Origin: Actinomycetota bacterium
Lineage (GTDB): Bacteria > Actinomycetota > Aquicultoria > SKW223
Length of the DNA: 58,672 nt
Assembly (NCBI GenBank): GCA_026417515.1
Contig: JAOADC010000022.1
Location: forward strand, 1-58,672
Direction: 5' to 3'
In this document: positions 27,826 through 35,376 of the stretch, piece by piece
How the letters are laid out: each line of letters opens with the position of its first letter
How positions within the stretch are numbered: the first letter of the stretch is position 1
The notes under the pieces: generated by a model
Databases searched by the model: none
What the model saw: only the letters and a program-made list of their open reading frames with translations
Told to the model about the DNA's origin: nothing
Translations under genes and position numbers: made by a program

Positions 27826-28545
27826 TTAGAATGCTTCGTTTGGTTTCCAGACCTCCCAGACTCTACCAACGAGATCTGGACCTGGTTTAAGTGTTTTCTT
27901 TCCTGGCACCCAACCAGAAGGTGTAGCTTCTGCTCCTCCTGTGTTTCTTACATGCTGGAAGGCTTGTATCTGTCTCATTGTTTCAGACACATTTCTTCCT
28001 ACTGGTGGAGTAAGAATTTCAATTGCCTGCACAACTCCGTCAGGATCAATTATGAAGCGGCCTCTAACGTCAACTCCCAGTTCTTCGTCATATACTCCAT
28101 ACATTTTTCCGACAGTTCCAGCTGCATCTGAAAGCATAGGGAAAGGAATTCCGCCCTCTACCATCTTTGACAGTTCGTGTTCATTCCAGATTTTGTGAAC
28201 ATAAATGCTATCAACACTCATAGATAGGATTTCGACACCCAATTTTTGGAACTCTTCGTACTTCGACGCTACCGCCGAAAGTTCAGTTGCTCAGACGAAT
28301 GTAAAATCACCGGGATAGAAGCAAAGCAGTACCCACTTTCCGAGATAATCAGAAAGTTTTACTTGAACAAACTTGCCCTTATAATATGCCGGTGCAACAA
28401 AATCTGGCGCCTTTCTGCCTACCTGTACCATCCTCCTGACCTCCTTAATTGTTGTTTCTTCAATATTTGTTTGTTTAGAAATGTTATCTTCCCCTTCTCC
28501 ATGGGCACCTACAGGTCTTGAGCATCCAACCTTCAGTTCTTCCAT
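27826..28545 (-). CDS. Peroxiredoxin with in-frame UGA (predicted selenocysteine) at the peroxidatic position (PrxU-like)
   Basis: Two track ORFs (28291-28545 and 27826-28242) are in the same frame and are joined through TGA at 28291-28293: ...[17 protein letters not shown].... The canonical-length start is ATG 28431 (201 aa); the upstream in-frame ATG 28545 also has a strong SD. Confidence 0.8.
28250..28293 (-). promoter_or_regulatory. Candidate bacterial SECIS element immediately 3' of the in-frame UGA of the peroxiredoxin
   Basis: The mRNA reads UGAGCAACUGAACUUUCGGCGGUAGCGUCGAAGUACGAAGAGUU. The upper hairpin is CUU[U]CGGCG-GUAG-CGUCGAAG, with a bulged U at +16 and G22/U23 in the apical loop. 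A 4-bp lower stem pairs AACU with AGUU. Confidence 0.6.
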
Positions 28546-28565
28546 GTTTTCACCTCCCTTTAAGG

Positions 28566-28594
28566 ATTATAGCAGAATTTATAAACATTATAAA
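28566..28594 (-). promoter_or_regulatory. Putative sigma-70 type promoter of the peroxiredoxin gene
   Basis: On the minus strand it reads TTTATA-17 nt-TATAAT, ending about 20 nt upstream of ATG 28545. Confidence 0.4.
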
Positions 28595-28596
28595 TT
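28576..28596. promoter_or_regulatory. Perfect 9-3-9 palindrome AATTTATAA-ACA-TTATAAATT, PerR/Fur-family-like operator
   Basis: The palindrome was read directly from the sequence. Its core TTATAA-ACA-TTATAA is close to the Per box TTATAATNATTATAA. It overlaps the -35 and spacer of the prx promoter. Confidence 0.4.
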
Positions 28597-28646
28597 TTTA
28601 ATTAATAAAAATTCTTTATAGATGCTAAAAAAATTTTTCCACTGAC

Positions 28647-29102
28647 TTAAATGCCGGTGGAACCGAAACCTCCTTCTCCCCTGCTGGTCTCAGTAAGTTC
28701 ATCGACTTCAATAACTTCTGCGTGCTCAACCCTTTGAATGACGAGCTGCGCTATCTTTTCACCTTTCCTTATCCTGATTTCTTTTTCTGAATCAAGGTTT
28801 ATTAAGATGACTTTAACTTCCCCACGGTATCCTGCATCAATAAGACCAGGGGTATTCACAATTGATAAACCTTCCTTAACCGCTCTTCCGCTTTTTGGCT
28901 GGACAAACCCTGCGTATCCATAAGGAATTTCTATTTTGATTCCTGTGCTTACCAATTTCCTTTGCAATGGCAAGAGAACCACGTCTTCTGCAGAATAGAG
29001 GTCCAACCCCGCATCTCCTGGATGGGCATAACCTGGAAGAGGTATGGATTTATCAAGACGTTTAATTCTAAGCGTTATCTTTTCTGTGCTTTTTTCAAAC
29101 AC
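28647..29102 (-). CDS. dut: dUTP diphosphatase
   Basis: It has the dUTPase motifs [17 protein letters not shown] and [10 protein letters not shown]. It overlaps nrdG by 8 nt. Confidence 0.93.
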   Translation of the reverse strand: MFEKSTEKITLRIKRLDKSIPLPGYAHPGDAGLDLYSAEDVVLLPLQRKLVSTGIKIEIPYGYAGFVQPKSGRAVKEGLSIVNTPGLIDAGYRGEVKVILINLDSEKEIRIRKGEKIAQLVIQRVEHAEVIEVDELTETSRGEGGFGSTGI

Positions 29103-29841
29103 CTCTGAGCTCAGCCTCCATAAAACCTTTTATTCTTTGAACGGCGTCTTCGAGATATCTTCTTGGCAAGGGAGATCGAGTTCTTAAAGATTCATCAAGA
29201 GTAGATGAGTTTTGAAACTGTTGTATCACTAATTTTTCGGCGCCTATCTCCTTCAGTTTCTTTGCAGTTGCAACCACATCATCAACATTTAACAACCCAG
29301 GCACAAAGGTAAGCCTGAATTCATATTCCAATCCGTCAGACATTATTATTGTTTTTATTGATTCATAGATAGCCTCGAGGTCTACTGGGGCTCTTACAAT
29401 TTCAGGATACTTTTCAATTGGGCCTTTTATGTCCATAGCAATAAAATCGACAAGGCCATCATTTATGAGTTTCTTCAAGACCTTTGGTCTGCTTCCGTTT
29501 GTGTCGAGTTTTACTTTTAGCCCTGATTCTTTAAGCATTTTTAAGAATCCCGATATTCCAGGAGATATGGTTGGCTCGCCTCCAGTTACAACAATATGCT
29601 CAACCCACAATTTTCTTGAAACAAGATAGGAAACAAGATTATCGACATCTATGTCTTCATATTTTTCGTGGTCAATCACAAGTTCAAAGTTGTGACAGTA
29701 AGGACATCTAAAGTTGCATCCGGCAAGAAAGACAGTTGACGCCAATTTTCCTGGCCAATCGAGCATTCCTGAAGGGATGAAGCCTTTTATATGGATAGAA
29801 TTTTCTTTAACTCCGCTAATTCCGGAATCTCTCCTCTCCAA
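29095..29841 (-). CDS. nrdG: Anaerobic ribonucleoside-triphosphate reductase activating protein (radical SAM)
   Basis: It has the [10 protein letters not shown] cluster motif and DWPGK. The TTG start at 29841 is uncertain; the next canonical in-frame start is ATG 29766. Confidence 0.9.
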   Translation of the reverse strand: MERRDSGISGVKENSIHIKGFIPSGMLDWPGKLASTVFLAGCNFRCPYCHNFELVIDHEKYEDIDVDNLVSYLVSRKLWVEHIVVTGGEPTISPGISGFLKMLKESGLKVKLDTNGSRPKVLKKLINDGLVDFIAMDIKGPIEKYPEIVRAPVDLEAIYESIKTIIMSDGLEYEFRLTFVPGLLNVDDVVATAKKLKEIGAEKLVIQQFQNSSTLDESLRTRSPLPRRYLEDAVQRIKGFMEAELRGV

Positions 29842-30050
29842 GACTTCACTTCCCTTCCGCTTTCATCGACAACTATTGTACTTGGTGTAGAAACAACCAT
29901 ATAGTAAGCACCTTCAGTAAGCCCTTCCAATTCATCTAAATTGTATGATTCAACAAAATCGTCTGAGATCTGAGAAATGACCTCTTTAGCTGCTGGGCAT
30001 TTCGGGCAATCTTTCTTGTAGAAAAACTTTACCTTGAACAACACCTGCAC
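29787..30050 (-). CDS. Thioredoxin-fold small redoxin (CPKC active site), NrdH/glutaredoxin-like
   Basis: It has KKDCPKCPAAK and is about 84 aa. AGGAGG lies upstream. Possible starts are GTG 30050, GTG 30044 and TTG 30041. Both ends overlap the neighbouring genes. Confidence 0.75.
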   Translation of the reverse strand: MQVLFKVKFFYKKDCPKCPAAKEVISQISDDFVESYNLDELEGLTEGAYYMVVSTPSTIVVDESGREVKSWRGEIPELAELKKILSI

Positions 30051-32229
30051 CTCCTACTGGTTTCAATGCTTCGCTCAAGTTGGTTCTTATTCTTTGTTTT
30101 AATTCTCCAAGCTTACCTTTATTCCAGGTTGTTGTCTTTGAAAAGTATCCAACAATTCTTGTTATTCCATAAACATCCTCTGAGCCGCACCTCAAACATT
30201 GTTCATGAAGCCCTCTTGTCGTTTTAAGACAATCATTACAAACAGTAAACTCTGGGCTGAAAGCTATTTGTTCTGCCTGTGTATGCTTGTAGGTCTTTAT
30301 AACAAACTCTTTGATGGCTCTATAATCAGGTTCGTGTTCTCCCATCCAGATATGAATGATTGCACCGGCTTCAATCAATGGATGGAACCTTGATTGCATA
30401 ATGACTCTATCTACATAGTCAACAGGGGCATCTGCAGGAAGGTGGATGCTATTCGTGTAGTAAATCTCTCCTCGATCAATAAATCCTTTAACAACTTTCG
30501 AAGCTTTTTCAGGGAACATTTTTAGATCAAGTTTTGCTAACCTGTAGCAGGCAGACTCAGCAGGGCTTTCCTCAATAACCAATCTAATCCCATATTTCTC
30601 TGAGTATTCGCGACACTTTAGATTGAGATAGGCAATAACTTTAAGTCCAAACTTATAGGCTTCTTCTGATTCATGAAGCTGCTTACCCAAGTGGTACTGT
30701 ACAAGTTCGTTTAAACCAAGCACACCAACAAGATAGGTTATTCTATCCATCCTTAAATAGGGCTCTCCATCTTTTTTGCTTGTAAAGAAAGCAAGAGGTC
30801 CTTCTTCTCCAAGCGAAAGCAATGTCTCGATAAATTTTTTCTTCTGTAAATGTGCTTTTACCACTAAATCGAATAGCCTATCCAGTTCTCTGAATAACGC
30901 TTCATCGCTTCCTTCAGCTTTATATGCCACACGTGGAAGGTTAATGGTTACATTCTGTAGTGCTGTAAATCTCATTTTCTCAGGAGTCTTTGCTTCTTCC
31001 AGATCCTTCTCACCGAGTCTTAACTTCAATCGACAACATTGTGAGACAGACACCGAATCTCCTCTGTCAAATACGAAGTAAGTTATTCCCTGATGGGCAG
31101 CTACCTTACATGCAAGATCAAGCATTTCTTCCCATCCTGGAGTAACAAAAAACTGGTCATTTATGTGAAGGAGCGGCTTTGGAAAGACAAATGTCTTACC
31201 GGTGGCATCCCCTTCATAGTAAATCTCAAAAAGCGCTTTTAGGAAAAGGTTTGCCTCTTTTTCGAAATCAGCATAGGTAAGGCATCCTTCCTCAGGTTCA
31301 TCGAGATAGACGATTTCTCCGTCAACCTCTTTCATATACTTTCCACCAGGACCAACTGCAGGTGTCTCGCGAAAATGCTTTGGAATACCATAGTAGAGGT
31401 TAAAATCTGTAAATACAACTTGAGAACCTCTGGCACCTGCCAGCTGATTGAACTCGTAGATTATCATCTGTGCAAGTTGCTTCACCCTCTTGTACTCCAA
31501 GCCTCTTAAAAATGGTGCAAAGAACATATTTACAGCTTCCCAGCCTATTGCTCCGGCATAGTGCGATTGAAGAGTAGAGGCCATCTTAACCATATGGCCT
31601 ATTAGGACTTCTGGATGCCTCGCTGGCTTTGACGTAGATGTTATATTCGGAAGATGAAGACCGTATTTCTTGATATATTCGAGTGAATGGCCGCCACAGT
31701 ATGGTCTTGTAATAAAACCAAGGTCGTGCAGGTGAATATCTCCTGATAAATGTGCTTCTGCAACATCGTAGGAAAATACCTTGGTTAATGCATATTGCTT
31801 CAGTATGCTTTCTGCCAATGTAAGGTTTATGGATTCTGGATTATGGGTTGTATTGGAATTTTCCTTGTTGGCATTAAAAATTATTTGTTCAACATCGAAA
31901 GCAGGAAGACCGAGAATTGTATGCTCTCTCTGAAGTTTTTGAAGGCCTCTTTGAACAAGTTCAATATCTACAAGTTCCCTTATCAGGCTTGTTGTTACTG
32001 TCTGTATACCAGCAGAAAGAAGTTTCCTTTCAACTTCCTCTGCAATCTCTTCAGCAATCTCCTTGGTCAGCCTGATCTCTCTTACAAGACTTTCAACAAT
32101 TTTTGTCCTGTCCCAGGAGTTCACTTCAGACTTAGATGTGGTTGTAACCATCAATGCAATATCTGTAGAATCTGCTTCTGCACTCCCTGCTGCTTTTGCT
32201 GCTTCCATCAGTTTTTGTTCCGGTGTCAT
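29986..32229 (-). CDS. nrdD: Anaerobic ribonucleoside-triphosphate reductase (class III)
   Basis: It has an N-terminal ATP-cone, a C-terminal Zn site CNDC...CLRCG and the glycyl-radical motif TRIVGYFS. It is 747 aa. Confidence 0.96.
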   Translation of the reverse strand: MTPEQKLMEAAKAAGSAEADSTDIALMVTTTSKSEVNSWDRTKIVESLVREIRLTKEIAEEIAEEVERKLLSAGIQTVTTSLIRELVDIELVQRGLQKLQREHTILGLPAFDVEQIIFNANKENSNTTHNPESINLTLAESILKQYALTKVFSYDVAEAHLSGDIHLHDLGFITRPYCGGHSLEYIKKYGLHLPNITSTSKPARHPEVLIGHMVKMASTLQSHYAGAIGWEAVNMFFAPFLRGLEYKRVKQLAQMIIYEFNQLAGARGSQVVFTDFNLYYGIPKHFRETPAVGPGGKYMKEVDGEIVYLDEPEEGCLTYADFEKEANLFLKALFEIYYEGDATGKTFVFPKPLLHINDQFFVTPGWEEMLDLACKVAAHQGITYFVFDRGDSVSVSQCCRLKLRLGEKDLEEAKTPEKMRFTALQNVTINLPRVAYKAEGSDEALFRELDRLFDLVVKAHLQKKKFIETLLSLGEEGPLAFFTSKKDGEPYLRMDRITYLVGVLGLNELVQYHLGKQLHESEEAYKFGLKVIAYLNLKCREYSEKYGIRLVIEESPAESACYRLAKLDLKMFPEKASKVVKGFIDRGEIYYTNSIHLPADAPVDYVDRVIMQSRFHPLIEAGAIIHIWMGEHEPDYRAIKEFVIKTYKHTQAEQIAFSPEFTVCNDCLKTTRGLHEQCLRCGSEDVYGITRIVGYFSKTTTWNKGKLGELKQRIRTNLSEALKPVGGAGVVQGKVFLQERLPEMPSS

Positions 32230-32249
32230 TTTTTATTCCACCCTCCTAA

Positions 32250-32265
32250 CCACAAAATATTGCTA
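32250..32265. promoter_or_regulatory. NrdR-box-like site 1 upstream of nrdD
   Basis: CCACAAAATATTGCTA matches the recalled consensus acaCwAtATaTwGtgt at 11 of 16 positions, with the core intact. Confidence 0.5.
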
Positions 32266-32282
32266 CATTCAATGCTTCTATA

Positions 32283-32298
32283 CCACAAAATATAGATT
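32283..32298. promoter_or_regulatory. NrdR-box-like site 2 upstream of nrdD
   Basis: CCACAAAATATAGATT matches at 12 of 16 positions and starts 33 bp from site 1. An adjacent half site ATATTGTGT lies at 32306-32314. Confidence 0.5.
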
Positions 32299-32369
32299 TT
32301 ATTGGATATTGTGTCAACAAGTTTTTTATAAAAATTTTTCAAACTTTTTCAACAGTTTTAAAAACTATG

Positions 32370-32398
32370 TTACCATAATCAAACACTTGTTCTATAAT
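32370..32398 (+). promoter_or_regulatory. Putative lexA promoter (TTACCA-17-TATAAT), near-leaderless
   Basis: The -10 ends 8 nt before GTG 32407. Confidence 0.45.
32381..32392. promoter_or_regulatory. LexA (Cheo-type) box in the lexA promoter
   Basis: The minus-strand reading GAACAAGTGTTT differs from GAAC-N4-GTTC at one position. It lies in the spacer between TTACCA and TATAAT. Confidence 0.55.
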
Positions 32399-32406
32399 AA
32401 TTTTAG

Positions 32407-33012
32407 GTGAGACAATTGGATGAAAACAAAAAAAACAATCTACAGAAAGTCCTTGAATTCATTAAGGATTATCTGGATAGGAACCAGAAAACACCCACTG
32501 TAAGGGAGATTGCCAGTGCTATTGGAGTATCTTCCACATCAACAGTTGTCTATTACTTAAGGAAACTTGAGAAGAAGGGCTTCATCTCAATCGAGGGAAA
32601 GAAATCGAGAAACATAAAACTAAAGGAAACTGCTTTTTTAAGAAAACAAATCCCTATATTGGGATTAATAAGAGCAGGGATACCAACTTATGCAGAAGAA
32701 AATATTGAAGGCTATCTTAATGTTGATGATTTCTTATTTCAAAAGGGAGATTTTTTGCTCAGGGTAAAAGGAGATAGCATGAAAGACGCTGGAATTTTTG
32801 ATGGGGATTTAGTCCTTGTCAAGCAAACACCTGTTATAAATCCTGGAGAAATCGGTGTGTTTATGATTGATGGGGAATCAACGATAAAGCAGTTAGGTTT
32901 AGAAAACGGACATCCTGTTTTGATACCAAAAAACAGGGACTACTCACCTATATATCCAAAGGAACTTGTTGTAATTGGTAGGGTTACAGCGGTCATTAGA
33001 GACCTTGATTAA
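32407..33012 (+). CDS. lexA: LexA repressor
   Basis: It has a winged-helix N-terminus and S24 peptidase motifs GDSMKDAG and TIKQL. The start is GTG 32407 or TTG 32416. Confidence 0.93.
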   Translation: MRQLDENKKNNLQKVLEFIKDYLDRNQKTPTVREIASAIGVSSTSTVVYYLRKLEKKGFISIEGKKSRNIKLKETAFLRKQIPILGLIRAGIPTYAEENIEGYLNVDDFLFQKGDFLLRVKGDSMKDAGIFDGDLVLVKQTPVINPGEIGVFMIDGESTIKQLGLENGHPVLIPKNRDYSPIYPKELVVIGRVTAVIRDLD

Positions 33013-34187
33013 TAAATTTTTGTCTTCAAAGCATTGATGCCTACGAGTGCCTCAGCTATCTTATCTTTAAGTTCTTCGAGTCCTTTACCTTTAAGCGCAG
33101 ATATAAAAACGCTATCTGAATATTCTTTCTTTAGCCTTTCCAGCAAAGCTTCTTCAACAGCATCGACTTTGTTAAACACGCTGATCCTTGGAATATTAGC
33201 AGCGCCTATCTTTTCAAGTGTTTTCTCAACAACCCTTAGATGTCTTATGAAATCCTTATTGCTAGCATCAATCACATGTAAGAGAAGGTCAGATTCCACA
33301 ATCTCTTCGAGTGTTGAATGAAAAGCTACAATTAACTCTGTTGGAAGGTTATCTATAAAGCCAACTGTATCTGAAATAACTACATCAAAAGATAGAAATG
33401 AATTCTTCTTTTCCTCGTCAAGAATATCCGAGGGAATACTTAAAATGTTTTTCTTAAGGTTGAGTTTTCTAACTGTGGGATCAAGAGTTGCAAAAAGTTG
33501 GTCGGTAGCAAGAACAGAAGAAGTTGTAAGAGCATTTAAAAGCGTTGATTTACCTGCATTGGTATAGCCAACGAGAGAAATCTGATACGCGTGCTTCTTT
33601 CTTGCGTTCCTGATCCTGGTTCTGTGCTTCTCGATTTCATACAATTTTTTTCTGAGCGTTTGGATTCTTTTTTTAATCCTTCTTCGGTCAACCTCGAGCT
33701 TTGTTTCTCCTGGACCTCTAGTGCCAATACCACCGCCAAGCCTTGATAGTTCTGTGCCTCTTCCTATCAGCCTTGACTGAAGATATGTCAATTGAGCAAG
33801 TTCCACCTGAAGTTTACCTTCAAGGCTCCTAGCATGAGTGGCAAAGATATCAAGAATGATGGCAGTTCTATCAAGAACTTTTAATCCTGTTATCTCTTCT
33901 AAATTTTTCATCTGCGAGGCAGATAGCCTTGCATCGATAGCGAGGGCGGTCGCTGAAAAAGCATCTGCAATTGAGCCTATTTCTTTTGCCTTTCCCCTTC
34001 CTATGTAAGTTTTTGGATCAGGCGTGTCTCGTCTTTGAATAACCCTGAATACTGCCTGGCCTCCTGCAGTATCAATAAGGCTTTCCAGTTCTTCAATTGA
34101 ACTTAGGACTCTCTGTTCTTCATCTTCTCTTGTAATTATGGTTGCTGTTATAAACTTCTCTTTCTCTTCTTGAGTCTTATGCTCCAT
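33009..34187 (-). CDS. hflX: GTPase HflX
   Basis: It has an HflX N-domain and G motifs GYTNAGKSTLLN, DTVGF and NKVD. Its stop shares TTAA with the lexA stop. Confidence 0.93.
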   Translation of the reverse strand: MEHKTQEEKEKFITATIITREDEEQRVLSSIEELESLIDTAGGQAVFRVIQRRDTPDPKTYIGRGKAKEIGSIADAFSATALAIDARLSASQMKNLEEITGLKVLDRTAIILDIFATHARSLEGKLQVELAQLTYLQSRLIGRGTELSRLGGGIGTRGPGETKLEVDRRRIKKRIQTLRKKLYEIEKHRTRIRNARKKHAYQISLVGYTNAGKSTLLNALTTSSVLATDQLFATLDPTVRKLNLKKNILSIPSDILDEEKKNSFLSFDVVISDTVGFIDNLPTELIVAFHSTLEEIVESDLLLHVIDASNKDFIRHLRVVEKTLEKIGAANIPRISVFNKVDAVEEALLERLKKEYSDSVFISALKGKGLEELKDKIAEALVGINALKTKIY

Positions 34188-34196
34188 TTAAATTGT

Positions 34197-35354
34197 CTAC
34201 TTTAAATTCTTTAATCTTTCCATTGCTTCTTTAAGCCTCTCGTCCTTAACAGTCAAACTGATTCGAAAGTATCCTTCGCCAAATTTACCGTAAGCCGAAC
34301 CTGGAGAAACGACAATTCCTGCTTCATCAATCAGTTTCATTGCCCAAGTATCTGAGGTATACCCATCAGGAACCTCGGCCCAGACATAGATAGTTGCTGG
34401 TGAGATGTGGTAACTGATGCCCAATTCGTTAAGAACATCTAAGACCATCTGCTTTCTTCTTTCGTAAATCAAACACATCTTCTCTGGAAAATCAGATAAG
34501 TCAGTCAGGGCCTTGATTCCTGAATACTGAATTGGATTAAAAATTCCTGAGTCTATATTCGTTTTCAGGTTTGCCAGATATTTAACGGAATTGGCGTTTC
34601 CAGCCAGAAAACCTATTCTCCAACCCGTCATATTAAAACTCTTCGAGAGAGAGTGGAATTCGACGCAGACCTCTTTTGCACCTTCGAATTCTAAAATCGA
34701 AGGTGCCTTGTAACCATTGAAAGTGATTTCTGAATATGCATTATCATGGGCAATAAGAAAACCGTACTTATGAGCAAGTTCAATTGCTTTTTTAAAGAAC
34801 TCATCAGTTGCTACAGCAGTTGTTGGATTGTTTGGGTAATTAATAAACATAAGTTTGGCTCTCCTTAAAACATCACTCGGTATTGAATCAAGATCGGGCA
34901 AGAATCCGTTCTCTTTTAGAAGAGGCATCTTATATGGAGTTGCTGATGACAACATTGAGGCTATTTCATATACAGGATAAGCTGGATCAGGAACCAGCAC
35001 AATATCGCCTTCATCAACCAAAGCCCAGGGCAGATGAGCAATTCCTTCTTTGGAACCAATCAATGGAAGAATCTCATTATCAGGATCCAATTCGACCCTA
35101 AACCTTTTCTTGAACCAAAGGGATGCAGAAATCCTAAATTCGCGTAAACCATAATAAGAGGGATATCTATGGTTTTCAGGGTCCTTAAGTGCTTCGTTAA
35201 GGGCATCGATAATTGGCTGTGGCGTTGGTTCAACAGGATCTCCTATCCCTAAACTGATCACGTCAACGCCTTCTGCTTTCTTTTTTTCAATCAATTCATC
35301 AATTCTTGCAAACAAATAAGGTGGTAACTGGGCTATCCTTTTAGCAGGCTTCAA
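34197..35354 (-). CDS. dapL: LL-diaminopimelate aminotransferase (class I aminotransferase)
   Basis: It has LPPYLFARID, LGIGDP, LIGSKEGIAH and SLSKSFNMTGWRIG (PLP Lys), and is adjacent to dapF. Confidence 0.8.
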   Translation of the reverse strand: MKPAKRIAQLPPYLFARIDELIEKKKAEGVDVISLGIGDPVEPTPQPIIDALNEALKDPENHRYPSYYGLREFRISASLWFKKRFRVELDPDNEILPLIGSKEGIAHLPWALVDEGDIVLVPDPAYPVYEIASMLSSATPYKMPLLKENGFLPDLDSIPSDVLRRAKLMFINYPNNPTTAVATDEFFKKAIELAHKYGFLIAHDNAYSEITFNGYKAPSILEFEGAKEVCVEFHSLSKSFNMTGWRIGFLAGNANSVKYLANLKTNIDSGIFNPIQYSGIKALTDLSDFPEKMCLIYERRKQMVLDVLNELGISYHISPATIYVWAEVPDGYTSDTWAMKLIDEAGIVVSPGSAYGKFGEGYFRISLTVKDERLKEAMERLKNLK

Positions 35355-35376
35355 GTTAAATATTCACCTCCAGAAA

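Noticed and set aside
28246-28521. A 91-aa + strand ORF covers the gap between the two peroxiredoxin fragments.
   Set aside because: It lies antisense to a gene with strong Prx homology on both sides of the TGA, its sequence is Cys/Phe/Leu-rich junk, and it has no RBS.
27826-28545. The split peroxiredoxin could be a pseudogene.
   Set aside because: The only lesion is a TGA exactly at the peroxidatic Cys codon, the frame is otherwise intact, and a SECIS-like hairpin follows at the canonical distance. Promoter, SD and terminator are all intact. Pseudogene status cannot be fully excluded without evidence of Sec machinery in the genome.
29986-30050. A programmed frameshift could fuse NrdD to the downstream redoxin.
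   Set aside because: I saw no slippery heptamer or stimulatory structure. The redoxin has its own AGGAGG and start codons. The NrdD tail past the glycyl-radical motif looks like unconserved run-on sequence.
31795-32410. Two overlapping + strand ORFs of 166 and 115 aa lie across the nrdD 5' end and the intergenic region.
   Set aside because: They are antisense to the well-supported nrdD ATP-cone region, have Cys/Phe/Leu-rich low-complexity translations and no RBS. The second runs through the NrdR and LexA operator region.
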